Source of the DNA: the human T2T-CHM13v2.0 reference genome, Homo sapiens
Assembly: GCF_009914755.1 (NCBI RefSeq)
Contig: NC_060932.1
DNA: 64,000 nucleotides
Reading direction: 5' to 3' (one strand)
Shown: positions 13,557 to 28,239 of the stretch, in pieces
How positions within the stretch are numbered: the first letter of the stretch is position 1
How the letters are laid out: every line of letters starts with the position of its first letter
Program-made: the position numbers and the translations under genes
Notes under the pieces: generated by a model
What the model was told of the DNA's origin: nothing
Database searches by the model: none
The model's input: the letters and a program-made list of their open reading frames with translations, nothing else

Positions 13557-15011
13557 TAATTTATGAGGTTATAACATAAATATGTCTGCCAACTTTGTAA
13601 TATATTAAATGAGAATTCCTTTAATTCCATAAGGTACTAAGTTGATTAAATGAGCATTAGAACTTAGCACATGATTCATTATTAGTGCTTAGGACTTGAT
13701 ATATTCTTAAAAAATTAGTAACAGCATTATTAATGTAGTGAAAATACAGTTAAATGCTGAGAAAAGGAATAGATATTTCATTTTCTGTGAAGTCTCTATT
13801 CAAGACAAAAATAAAAACTCATATACAGACAATATCTCTGTATCAGCTACTAGCTACTGAAAGTTAAATTAATTTATTAAAAATGAATACTCCAATATGT
13901 TTTGTTTGGATAGCATTTATACTTTTAAAAGAAAAAGAATATTGAATCAAAACTTATTGAACAACTATATGAGTATGACAAAATATAAAAAGATACCTTT
14001 GAATAAACAGATTATGTTTGTAAAAAAAATTTTTGCTTATTCATATTGAAATTAATACAAACATCTAGAATGCAAAATACTAATGCTGAAAAATAATAAG
14101 GATTTAGTACATTTTAGTTCACTATTATTTAGTTCATATTAAAGCCAGAAAAATTAATTTTTCATATATATGTATGTGTACATTTCTGTGTGTATATATC
14201 TATATACATACATATACATTTATTATTACTAAGTCAACACCACACTGTTTGTTCTAAAATATACTCTGTGTTTATTTTAATGTCCTTATATTACATATAT
14301 TTCCTATTTGATTCTCATGATATTTTCAATAAAATTGTATGGGTTTATTTTATGCTGTTTTATCTATGTCATTTCAATAAAAATACTTAGTCAAATAAAA
14401 ATTATAAATAGTATAAATATGGAAATTGTTGACAGGTGACATTTTTATGTAAAACAGCAAATCGAATTATCCAGAAGCATGGATGAATAGAAAATTTTCA
14501 TTTGTCTTTAAGAAGGAAAAATCTGAATACTGAGCATGCTTAATTGCTTAGAACTTTAAGCAATATTTTGAAATAGACCATAATTATAGCAAATGCAAAT
14601 TTTAGTTACATATCATTTGCATTAATTGAATTATCTGCATTTTAATTTATATAATGTTAATTAAATATGTCTTACTTCTTTGCCAATGTATTGTTCTTAT
14701 ATAGGGTTTGTCTCCAAATAAGCCCTCTGAGATATTAATTCACATATAATTTGCAGTGGGAAGTATTCAAATGCATACAGGCATTATGAATACATACTTT
14801 TTTAATTTGGATGTTTTATTCCATTAACTGTTCTTAAAATATATTTTAAAATGTAAATCTCACAGAAGGTAGAAAATGTGCAAATGGTCTCTCAATATGG
14901 CTGAAAAAAATGCAAAATACAAATAAGCAACTCACAGGTAAATAATAAACATGTAACTCTATATGTTAAAATTTCCAGGCTGTGCCAATGTGCTAATTAT
15001 CCAAAATCAGT

Positions 15012-15046
<35 letters not shown>
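15012..15046 (+). repeat. (TA)n(GA)n microsatellite
   Basis: Read directly. Confidence 0.9.
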
Positions 15047-15204
15047 TTAATATTTCATACTTATAATGCATAAAAACCCTATATATTTATTTAATCACTA
15101 TGGAAAGAATGTATGTATCTAAATATTTAATGTATATTTTATAATAACTTATTTGTCTGAGCAATTATAGTTTTTGATATTTTGTAGGAAGAACAAAAAG
15201 ACAC

Positions 15205-16457
15205 AAAAGAATGATGTCAGTAAGATGGCTGACTAGTCTTTCCCAGAAGATAGATGAATGTTCATTTTTCCCACAAAAAGCCATCAAAATATGAGTAAAA
15301 CAACTAAAATTTGACTGCAGTATCTTAAAAGACAGCACTGGAATGCAGCAAGAAGGTGGCAAGATTCCTTGGCACACAGAAGCCCAGGATGGCAGTATGG
15401 AGAAGGGACTGAGGCATTCTGCCTCTGCCACACTATCTACCCTACCAAGATTGGCATGGAGCCAGAAAGAACTCCCTCTTGAGGGCAAAAGGTAAGCAGA
15501 AGTCCCCAGCAGCCCTCATTGCCACCGTAGACACCTGCAATTCTTACAATAGGAGGATCCCACAGTCTTCACAAACCATTAGCCCAGTTTGGGGAGCTGC
15601 CTGAAATTCAGACAGCTGCATTACTCCAAAGTAGGAGCACATGTTATGCACTCCATAACCACGACTCAAGCTGCTGCAGCACAATGCCATCTTGAAACTG
15701 GAACCATTACTGGAGTGTGCCCTGCTCTTGGGGGGCAGGAGCCACTACATCTTTTCAAACTTGAGGTTCCACCATCATTCCAGCAAGTCCACACAAGTGA
15801 ACACAATGCCAAGCCCCTACTGCTCAGAGGCAGGGCCCAGGAACAGCCATGACTCTGGCCCAGCACAGCTGGGAAGACAACCCCAGGCGAGCTGAACTGC
15901 CAGACACCCACACCCTTAGCCAGATAAATGTGTCAGTCCCTAAGCTGACCAACCCATCACATGAATGCATGCATCCACAGCTTGAGAATCAGCCTGGAAA
16001 GCCCAACACCAGCAAATCCACGCCACCACTGCCAAAGCAGTCTAGGCCACCGAGGCACTCACAAACATCACTAACATGAATTACACCTGAAGAACTCCAC
16101 AGACACTACACTGCTGTGTCCAAATAGTATCAAAGCCAACATATCCTACCCAACTAAAACCCTAGAATTCATCGCCATTGAAAAAAAATAAGTCTTTTCC
16201 TACAAAAGCTACTCCGTAAAATTAGAAGAGATAATTGTTCCACCAAATGTGCAGGTATCAATGTAGAGACACAAGCATTATAAAAAGCTAGAAAACATGA
16301 ACCTACAAATGAACACAATAATTTTCTAGTAACAGACTCCTCCCAAAAATTTACAAAAAAAAAAACAGGAAATGAATCAAAATAATTGTCTTAGGAAATT
16401 TCAGTGAGATACAAAAGAATACAGAGAAACAATTGAACAAAATGAGAAAAACAATAT
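15205..16457 (+). mobile_element. L1M1/L1M2-type 5'UTR and start of ORF1
   Basis: Starts near AAGATGGCTGACTAG; GC-richer UTR; ORF1-like GAAAACATG...AATTTTCTAGTAACAGAC...CAGTGAGATACAAAAGAATACAGA. Confidence 0.75.
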
Positions 16458-16689
16458 CGTTTATTATTTAAATATTATTCTGCACTAGAGAGTAGCTTTC
16501 TACAATAGAGATTAAATCTTTTTCCATATATCTGACTAAACCCCTATAAAAAATGAAACAAGAATGGAAAAAAAAAGGTAAATATATCGAAATCACATAC
16601 TAATCAGTAAATGACAACTTTAAAGGCATTGCAAATTCAATAATATGGAAATAACACATTGATAATCAGATAATAGAAAACTTAAAAAT

Positions 16690-16970
16690 ACCTGGAAACT
16701 AATGAAAATACATTCAGTCTTACTCATAATTAAGGAGACTAAAATTAATAATTTTCTATACTAAAATCATTTATCAGTTTGGAGACGCTCTCAGATTTGA
16801 TGATAGACATACAGGTGATGGTTTAGGGAAATACAGCACTCACATATATTGCTGAGGACTGTATAGTCTGATAACACAGAATATGAAAATATATTTTCAT
16901 GTATGTGCATTTTAAATGCACATATATTTGTGACCCACTGATTCTACTTCCAGGAAATTACATGTATAAT
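16690..16970 (+). mobile_element. L1ME-like ORF2 3' fragment
   Basis: GCACTCACATATATTGCTG...AAATGCACATA...TGACCCACTGATTCTACTTCCAGGAAATT. Confidence 0.55.
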
Positions 16971-17086
16971 GGAACTTTGATATTTTAAATAGAAACTTTT
17001 AAAATCAGTTTTTGTGTGTGGTTTTTTTATGTGTAAAACTAAAATTTAAGAAAGATAAATTATCAGAAGAAAGAAAGCAAAATCGA

Positions 17087-17214
17087 ATATATATATCTAT
17101 CTATATATAGATATATTTAGATATATATAGATACATATAGATATATAGATATATATAGATAGATATATATAGATATATAGATAGATATAGATAGATATAG
17201 AGAGAGAGAGAGAG
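17087..17214 (+). repeat. Compound (TA)/(TAGA)/(GA) microsatellite
   Basis: Read directly. Confidence 0.92.
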
Positions 17215-17539
17215 CCAGGAATAAGATAAATACTTCATAATTTCAAAAAAGTCAATTTCCCAGGAAAATGTAAAATTAAAAATTTTATCAAATAAACAAT
17301 TTAGCTTCAAAATGCATATAAACTTACAGGAGAATAGAAAAACCCAAAATTATAGCTGGAGACCTCCAAACTTATCTCCCAGGAATAGCAAGAACAAAGA
17401 GATAGACAATATTTATGGAAAAAAGAAGACCTCTACAACCACCATCAAAACATTTAGCTAATTAAAAATTACAGAATATTTTACCCAACATCATCATCAG
17501 AATACACTTTCTTTTCAATCACTTCCCTAATTCCCCTTT

Positions 17540-17597
17540 GGGAATTAGGATTTCAACATATTAGTTATGAGGGCACACAAACATTCAAACCATATCA
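17540..17597 (-). mobile_element. MST/MLT1A-type LTR 5'-terminal fragment
   Basis: Reverse complement reads TGATATGGTTTGAATGTTTGTGTGCCC...ATGTTGAAATCCTAATTCCC. Confidence 0.7.
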
Positions 17598-17972
17598 AGC
17601 ATGGTTGAATAAAATGAAAAAATATCAAAAGTTTCAATAAAAATAGAAGATATAAGGAAAATGCAAATTTCACAACTACAAATTATAATAAAATGAAAAA
17701 CTCAGTAGGTGAGTTCAACAAGAGAATGGAGAGGATGGAGAAAATATGGATGGCAAATAAGCACACCAAAAGATGTAAAATATAACTGGCTGGTAGGGAA
17801 ATACAAAGAAAAGCCACAATACAATGTTGCTTCACACTTATTAAATTGTTTAATTTTTTTTTAATGTGATAATGCAAATGCTAGAGAGGATGAGAAGGAA
17901 TTCTTTTTCATACATTGCTGGTAGGAATATTAAAATGGTGCAACCACTATGAAAAACAGTTTAGCAGTTTTT

Positions 17973-18255
<283 letters not shown>

Positions 18256-18611
18256 CTAAATATAAACTTACCACACAGCTGAGCAATTGCATTCTTTGGT
18301 ATTTACTCTAGAGAAATAAAAACTTATGTTCATATAAAAACCTGTATAGGATTGATGACAGCAGCTTTATTTGTAATTGCCAACAATATAAAACAATGTT
18401 CCTAATAGTTGAATAAAGAAAATGTGGTATATTCATGCCAGGGACTACTACTCAGCAATAACAAGAACTACTGATACACAGAGAATTTCAAGTGGGTCTA
18501 CAGGGCATTGTGCTAAGTGAAGAAGCCAGTTTCAAAGAGGCACATACTTTATGATTTTGTCTATAAAAAATTCTCAAAATGACAAAAACCATAAACGTAG
18601 AAATCATTCAT

Positions 18612-18947
<336 letters not shown>

Positions 18948-19039
18948 TTAGGGATTAGAGATGTTGGTGTGGGGCAGGTGGGGAAGTATAAATATAAATA
19001 GGTAAGACTACAACAATCTTGGTGACATGGTACAGTTTT

Positions 19040-19386
<347 letters not shown>

Positions 19387-19612
19387 TGATTGCAGTGTTG
19401 GCTACACTAATCTACACATATGATAAAATGCAGTAGGATTATACACAAACAGCAATGTCAACTTTCTGGTTTCGATATTATACCACAATTTTATAAGACA
19501 TAACCATATGAAAACTGCTTGTGAGTGAAAAGATATTATATGTTTATTGATGAACTATAGCACTCAAGTCATTATTTGAGCCAGGATTGGAGTATTTTCT
19601 GCCAAACTGCTA

Positions 19613-19614
<2 letters not shown>

Positions 19615-19658
<44 letters not shown>

Positions 19659-19675
19659 AGACACACACACACACA
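19615..19675 (+). repeat. (CA)n microsatellite, interrupted
   Basis: About (AC)20, a short GA run, then more AC. Confidence 0.95.
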
Positions 19676-20813
19676 TATTCTGAAAAAGATTGTAAAGGAA
19701 AAAGAAAATAAAAATCTTTGAGCTTGACACCTCAGTGTTGAATTCTGGGGTAACCCTTTTAACGTATGAGTTTTCCTGTATCTCAAGATACTCTGGCTTT
19801 GATTATACATTTTGAATTTTAAAGTTTTACTTCCTTTTCTTACCATTATTCTAGCAGATGAATTTCAAAATAATACAGATATTATAAATCAAATGGTAAA
19901 ATATCAAGGCAAGTAACTGAAAACTTAAGGAACTTCCATAATGTTTAATCCTTAAACATAATGAAGAAGGCTTTATTACAGTAGCTTTGATTCTAGCCTC
20001 CTACAAATTAGGTAGATTTACCAAAAAAGCAAACTCATTCTTTATTGAGATTGAATCTATACCCAAATGTTCTTTTAACATAATGTTAAAATAATAATGT
20101 CATAAAATGAAAACTTTCTATTTGACATAAAAAATGAGCTGCTGTGTTAATCACACACAGGTTTTATAAAAACTATTTTTCTTTTGTGCTTTTTTGATAC
20201 TATCAATAAAAAATCTTATCATGATGGAACAGTAGATATAAATTATTTTATAGTAATGATTTCAATAATTATAACACCAATTCCTAATATTGACTGTAAT
20301 GCTATTTACAATTGTTTTTGTTGCATATGATACTAGACACTTAGAATAATGAACTTCTCTCAATTGGATAATTATTGCATCAAAACTTATAAGGTTTTAC
20401 AAATATTTCAGTTTGTCAGTTAATATACATTAATTTTCCAATTTGGATTTTTAAAGAGGAAAATTTTATATGCTAATTTATGTAATTTATATGTAATATT
20501 ATCTTCTATTTTGGAGAAAGTTCTGTATTCCAACTATAGTAGTAATTTTCTTCAGAACTGAATTGAATTTATAACAGTAAAAAGACATTCATTCCTCATT
20601 GATTAAAGGACTTCTGCTATTTTTTTATGGTGTAGGCTACCAGATGATATTCCACACCCTCTATTATTCTAGCTTTGTTTTAGCTACTTGCATTCACCTA
20701 AAGGTGAAAGTCAGATTAGTTGGCTTTTTAAAGTGGGAATATGAACAAAACACATATTGAGATGTAGCGAATACTTCATTTCTTTTGTATGTTTGTTTCT
20801 TATGTTTGCTTCC

Positions 20814-22890
20814 TGTATTAGTCCGTTTTCATGCTGCTGATAAAGACATACCTGAAACTGGGAAGAAAAAGAGGTTTAATTGGACAACACATGGGAATTA
20901 TGGGAGTACAATTCAAGATGAGATTTGGGTGGGAACACAGGGCCAAACTATACAATTCCAGCCTTGGCCCCTCCAAATTCCATGTCCTCACATTTTAAAA
21001 CCAATCATGCCTTCCCAACAGTCCCCCAAAGTCTTAACTCATTTCAGCATTAGCCCAAAAGTCCACAATTCCAAGTCACATCTGAGATAAGATAAGTCCC
21101 TTCTGCCAATGACCCTGTAAAATCAAAAGCAAGCTAATTACTTCCTAGATACAATGATGGTACAGGTATTGGATAAATATATCCGTTCCAACTGGGAGAA
21201 ATTGGCCAAAACAAAGGGGTTACAGGGCTCATCCAAGTCTGAAATCCAGTGGGGGAGTCAAATTCTAAAGCTCCAAAATGATCTCCTTTGACTCCATGTC
21301 TCACATCCAGGTCATACTGATGCAAGAGGTAGGTTCCCATAGTCTTGGGCAGCTCCACCCCTGTGGCTTTCCAAGGTATAGTTCTCCTCCTGGCTGCTTT
21401 CACAGGCTGGCGTGGTCTGCGGCTTTTCCAGGTGCACAGTGTAAGTTGTCGATGGATCTACCATTCTGGGATCTGGAGGACAGTGCTCCTCTTTTCACAG
21501 CTCCACTAGGTGGTGCCCCAGTAGGGACTCTGTGTGGGAGCTCCAATCTCACATTTTCCTTCTGCGCTGACCTAGCAGAGGTTCTCCATGAGGGCTCCCT
21601 TCAGCAAACTTTTGACTGGGCATCCGGGCTTTTCCATACATCTTCTGAAATCTAGGTGGGGGTTCCTGAACCTCAATACTTGACTTCTGTGAACCCACAG
21701 GCTCAACACTATGTGGAAGCTGTCAAGGGTTAGGGCTTGCATCCTTTGAAACAATGGGCTGGACTGTACCTTGGCCCTTTTTAGTGATGACTGGAGCGGC
21801 TGGGACGCAGAGCACCAATTCCCTAGGCTGCACACAGCATGGGGATCCTGGGCCTAGCCCACAAAGCCATTTTTTCCTCCTACACTTCCAGGTCTGTGGT
21901 GGGAAGGGCTGCCTTGAAGACCTATGACATGCCCTGGAGACATGTTCCCCATTGTCTTGGGGATTAACATTTGGCTCATTGCTACTTATGCAAATTTCTG
22001 CAGCCAGGTTGAATTTCTCCTCAAAAAATGTTTTTTGTTTGTTTTTGTTTTTGTTTTTTTTTCTGCATTGTCAGGCTGCAAATACTTTCAATTTTTATGC
22101 TTTGTTTCCCTTTTAAAATGGAATGCTTTTAACCCAAGTCACCTCTGGAATGTTTGCTGCTTAGAAATTTATTCTACCAGATACTCTAGATCATCTCTCT
22201 TAAGTTCAAAATTCCACAAATCTCTAGGGCAGTAGCAAAATGCCACCAGTCTCTTTGCTAAAACATAACAAGAGTCACCTTTGCTCCAGTTCCCAAGAAG
22301 TTTCTCATCTCCATCTGAGACCCTCAGCCTGGACTTTATTGTTCATATCACTATCAGCATTTTTGTCAAAGCCATTCAACAAGTCTCTAGGAGGTTCCAA
22401 TCTTTTCCACATTTTCTGGTCTTCTTCTGATCCCTCCAAACTGTTCCAACCTCCACCTGATACCCAGCTCCAAAGTCACTTCCACGTTTTCGGGTATCTT
22501 TTTAGCAACGCCTAACTTTACTGGAACCAATTTACTGTATTAGTACGCTTTCATGCTGCTGATAAAGACATACCTGAGACTGGGAAGAATAAGAGGTTTA
22601 ATTGGACTTATAGTTCCACATGGCTGGGGAGGCCTCAGAATCATGGCAGGAGGTGAAAAGCACTACTTACATGGCAGTGGCAAGAGAAAATGAGGAAGAT
22701 TCAAAAGCAGAAATCCCTGATAAAACCATCAGATCTCCTGAGGCTTATTTCACTACCATGAAAACAGTATGGGGGAACCGCACCCATGATTCAAATTATC
22801 TCCCACCGGGTCCCTCCCACAACATTTGAGAATTATGGGAGTACAATTCAAGATGCGATTTGGATAGGGACACAGAGCCAAACCATATCA
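20814..22890 (-). mobile_element. THE1A-like MaLR element: LTR-internal-LTR
   Basis: 3' LTR 20814-20955 (internally deleted), internal 20956-22535, 5' LTR 22536-22890; TSD CTTCC/CTTTC; both LTRs share TGTATTAGT..TTTCATGCTGCTGATAAAGACATACC. Confidence 0.95.
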
Positions 22891-23417
22891 CTTTCCTATT
22901 TTTGCCTTTCTAATCTAGACCAAAAATTTGTCCTTCAAATTTCTTAATTAGTGCCCTCATTAAGATTAACCATTTTGTTACCATGCATTACTAAATGAGC
23001 AAAGTAATTGTGCACAAGTATTGGTGCTAGGAACAAAGAGATTTGCCTGGATTTGGCTGTTACTGCTTTTCTGGTAAATGAATAAAAATGAATTCAACTT
23101 TGATGTATGGCATAGGTCCATATATTTAACACTTCATAATTATCATACTGAGTAGTTTTGCAACTCAAGCTATTTATTTTTTTCCCAATCGGATTGACAA
23201 AGCAGTCTCTCCAGGCTCTTCTGTTATCTATTATACACAATACATACTTCACTTTACTTACTGAGGACATAAAATGCTCCCTTGGGTTCTTATTCTTTTG
23301 AAAAAGAGTTCAGTATCTACTATTACTATGAGACTACACAAAATATTAGCTTATTAAAATATGTAAAAGAATGCAGGATTTCTGCTTGAGTCTATAGGGG
23401 AAAACAATTTCTATTCT

Positions 23418-23890
23418 GCAAGCTATCAAGATAATGTAAGTTTTACTTATCCAGAGAGCACCTTTAATGATAATATATTTTTGCCTTCTTGTTTTATCAT
23501 TGTTTTATTATTTCATTTTTGTATGTGTATGGCAAATTAAGATTTATAATAATATGAAAATTATGAAAATATACTTACGTTTAATTTTTTAACAACAATT
23601 TCATATCTTTAAGTTACAATTAGATTAACTGTATCATTATTGAAAAAGCAAGATATCAAAATAATGTGTTTTACCTATCTAGACAGCATCTTTAATGATA
23701 CTCTATTTTTGCCTTTTATTATTTCGTTTTTTGCAGATCCTCTCAATATTAAAGCAAATATCATATGTGTGTGGCAAATTAAAGTTTATACTAATATGAA
23801 AAGTATAAAAATATACTTAGGTTTAATTTTTTAACAACTAGTTCATATCTTCGAGTTACAACTGGATTAACTATCATTATTGGAAAAGCA
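23418..23890 (+). repeat. Diverged two-copy tandem duplication, period about 230 bp
   Basis: GCAAGCTATCAAGATAATG at 23418 and GCAAGATATCAAAATAATG at 23648; collinear blocks such as AAAATATACTTA.GTTTAATTTTTTAACAAC in both. Confidence 0.92.
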
Positions 23891-24162
23891 TACAATATTC
23901 TGGTTTTATGTATTAAATAGAATCCAGATACCAGCAGATAACATTTAAGACACTTTTCTTCAAAATGAATATTTATTATTAGTTCAGCATATAACCCAGC
24001 ACTGTTGAATAAATGATAAGGTAGAAAAGTAAAGACATGGACGACCTTTTGCCTTGCGTCTGTGGGGGATCTTGGGTAGGGAAGAGTTTCCTGTTTATCC
24101 TTCAAAATAGCAGACCTTTGCTTTGCATCAGTGCAGGATTGCGAGAGTGAGTGGATTCCAGA

Positions 24163-24536
24163 CACTCTCTCTGAGTTTGTGCTGTTATCACAAAATACCA
24201 CAGATTGAATAATTTATAAACAATAGGAATGTATTTCTCATAATTTTGGAGGCCGAGAAGTTCAAGATCAAGGTGCCAGGAGGTTTGCTTTCTGCTGGTG
24301 TCTTGTTGCTTCTTCCTCTGGAGCGAACACTGTGGATTCACACGACACAAATGACTAAAAGGCAAGAGAGTGCTACCTTTAAGCAGAGCCCTTTAGTAAG
24401 GGTGCTAATCCCATTCATCAGGGAAAAGCCTTCAGGACTTATTTACCTCCCAAAGCCACACTTCTTAATGCTGTTGCATTAAGGATTAAGTTTCAGCATG
24501 AATTTTGGAAGGGACACCGTAATTAAAACCATAGTT
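24163..24536 (-). mobile_element. MSTC/MSTD/MLT1A-type MaLR solo LTR
   Basis: ACAAAATACCACAGA...GAGAAGTTCAAGATCAAGGTGCCAG...CTAATCCCATTCAT...GATTAAGTTTCAGCATGAATTTTGG...AAACCATAG. Confidence 0.88.
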
Positions 24537-24569
24537 CACTCCCTCAGTGTCAGAAAGCTTTTGTTTGTT

Positions 24570-24896
<327 letters not shown>

Positions 24897-25879
24897 CTGG
24901 TTTGCTTTTTGTATAAATCTTACAACTGATATGATTTTATATAAATCATAACAACTCCCTCAGTATAATATTTGCTTTACCAAATAATATATGTTTTAAT
25001 AAATTAAAAAAAGGAAAAACCAAAATATTAATCTCATAATTTACTCATACGTTTACCCTGAATATCTTCCAGGTGATTTCAATTAGTAGTGTCATTTTCC
25101 TATAAACTGGCTAACTTCGTTTATCATTTCCTGTAGTAAAACTTTGTTGATGACAACTTTTCTGTTTTGGTTTTATCTCAGTATGTCTTTATCTTGCCTT
25201 GTCTCGTCATCACTCTTGTGAGATAGCTTTACTGGACATTGAATTCTTACTTCATAATTTGTTTAAACTTTACTGCATGAAATATTTTGTACCAATGTGT
25301 TCCCCCTTCCATAATATTTGATTATTTTCCCCCTAAGGCAATGTATTGGTTTTCTATTGTTGCTTCCAAGACTTTCTTCTTAGCATCCACATCTTGCACT
25401 TTACCCTGATGTTTCCATCTATAAGCAGATAATTTTGTGTTTATCTTGTTTGTAGTTTGTCAAGTTATTGGATTTGTAAATTAATACTTTAATGAGTTAG
25501 AAATTACCAGCCATTATTTCTTCACATACTTTTTTATGCACCTCTCTCTCTCTCTCCTTTCCTTCTGGGATTGCAATTTTGCAATTTTGTATCACATTCT
25601 ATGGCTCCACTAAACTCTAATGTTCTTTCTATTTTTCTTTATTTTTTTTCTTTCTGCTCTTTAGATTGAGTAATTTGTATTATTTATTTCTTTTTAGTCA
25701 CTAATTCTTTCTCCTTGTATTTTCAATCTTCTGCTCATACCACCAAAATGTTTATTTCAGCAATCATAATATGCAACTTCAGATATTGTTTTTTAGAATT
25801 GTTATTTCTCTATGGAGATTATCAGTCTCATTCTTCAGAAATGCAACATTATTCTTCAATATTTTGAACAAACTATTAT

Positions 25880-26497
25880 TGCGGCAGAAAATAGGTCCTT
25901 TCTTACTTCCCCATCATAGAAATCTTGGCCAACACCCCTATACCAAGAAAGGTTAACTGAGAAAAATATAGCAGATGTATTTGATCACAGTTTTATGTGA
26001 CACAGGAGCCATCAGAATGAGGACCAAAGAAAAAGGAAAAATTACACATTTTTATGCTCATGTTCAATGAAGTATAGACAGCCAATTAAAAATAGGATTG
26101 GACAAAAAGTATATGATCTAATACTAACAGACTGAGTGGGGAAACTCAACAAGGGCTCTCTGTTAAGATTTTTATTGGCCTGCCTGTGTTCCTTTTTTTT
26201 TCTCCTGGTTACAGGGTAGGGGCCTACTGAAATGAGAGTCTTAATTTCTTTAAGGCCAGCTATTACAGAAAAATCTGGTGGTAGTAAGTGTTTAGAGTAA
26301 TAATTTTTAGGCATTATGGCTATTATTTTTGAGTAAAATGATTCTGATTTCTCTGACCTGCTTTGGGGAAGAAGGATGCTAGTTTCTATGACTTGCCTGA
26401 GTGAGAGACAGGAGGACAGGAGAAGGTCAGACAGAGACTTTGTTCTCAGGCTGCTTCTTAAGCCTCCAGTTTAGGGCATTGATTTCGAGTCTTTACA
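25880..26497 (-). mobile_element. MER67A/B-like ERV1 solo LTR
   Basis: TG...CA ends, 4-bp TSD TTAT/TTAC; TTTTATGTGACACAGGAGCC and GATTGGACAAAAAG...AGACTGAGTGGGGAAAC recalled from MER67. Confidence 0.75.
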
Positions 26498-27051
26498 TTA
26501 CATTTGATGACTTTTAACTGATTTATATTAGCTGCTGTGAAATCTTTGTCTTCCAAATACAACAGGTGATTCCACTTGTAGTCAGTTTCTGCCTTTTTTC
26601 CTGATTATGGGTTAGTCACACTTTTCTTTTTCTTTGTTTATCTAGTAGTACGGTTGGTTGAAAACTAGACAATGTAGATGATATGTTGTGGAGATAAGAT
26701 TCTGTCATGCTTTTCTGAGAATTATGAAATTTTTATGTAATAGGAAGTAATCTAGCTTCAAACTATAGCTAAAGTATGCAGCTTCTTGTAATCTCCTATT
26801 CTTTTTTACTTTCCACTGTCTTCTTAGGCTGGTATCCTCTCAGTTACTCCTCTCCTGAAAAAAGTATTTACCAAACAAATCTTATAGCAGATGATAGAGC
26901 TCACTCTCGCTGTAGTTTCCTTATCTTTCAGAACTCTCTGGTCTTCAGCTATTTTGTTAGCTATGGACTCTATACTCAACTCTCTGAGTCTTCTTACACA
27001 ATTGAAGCATGCACCATGTAAAAAAAAAATCATACTCATAGCTGCTTGTTC

Positions 27052-27296
27052 TTTTTTTTTTTTTTTCCCAGGCTGGAGTGCAGTGGCACAATCTCGGTTC
27101 ACTGCAACCTCCACCTCCCAGGTTTTCTCCTGTCTCAGCCTCCTGAGTAGCTGGGATTACAGGCACCTGTCCGGCTAATTTTTTGTATTTTTAAGTAGAG
27201 ATGGCCAGGCTGGTCTCAGACTCCTGATCTCAGGTGATTCACCTGCCTCGGCCTCCCAAAGTGCTAGGATTACAGGTGTGAGCCACCATGCCCGAC
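27052..27296 (-). mobile_element. AluSx-like with several small deletions
   Basis: About 245 bp including the tail; TGTTCT on both flanks; four gaps relative to consensus. Confidence 0.93.
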
Positions 27297-27689
27297 TGTT
27301 CTATCTTTTAAAAGTGGATTTCTTTCTGGCCTCTGCCTCCATTTTTAGCATCATGCCTCACCCCAGCTCCTAAGTCAGACAGTATTTTAGTGGCTCAACA
27401 TGTGATTTTTGGCAGTCTATTCTTTGAATATGTTTCATTTCTCCTGTTTTATCTCGCTTCCAAAGTTTACCATTTAATTCCAGATGATTTCTCAGATAAG
27501 AACTCTGATTTCTGGACACTTTTGATAATAAACAATGAGATTATCACACTGCTGTTTTCCATGGCCATACCTATGGAATTTGATAAGCATCCTTTTACTA
27601 GAAACCCATAAATTTTTAATTCCTCCAATTTATTTCTGTTGCAATTTTTGGAATTAACTGTCTGGCTTCTATCTGTATTTGAATACTAA

Positions 27690-28025
<336 letters not shown>

Positions 28026-28239
28026 TGTAATATTTTATTTATAGTCTAAGTTCTTTAGGTATTTATACTGCTCTTGGAGAGATGAGAAATGGCAGATGAA
28101 TGTATTTATTATGTTGCATATAATCTCTCAAGTGACTTTGTCAGCCATTTTCCATGTAGAAGGCTTTGATATTCTACCTATTTAAAAGTCAACTTAAGTG
28201 TTTCTGCTCAAGACATCCAAGAATACGGTTTGGAAAACA

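Noticed and set aside
15165-16079. Cluster of overlapping ORFs in a GC-richer island
   Set aside because: Explained by the L1M 5'UTR; no splice or protein-family evidence.
22615-22635. PRDM9 hotspot motif in THE1 LTRs (also near 29930 and 31810)
   Set aside because: All read CCTCCCCAGCCAT, not the hot CCTCCCT version; PRDM9 specificity is also species-dependent.
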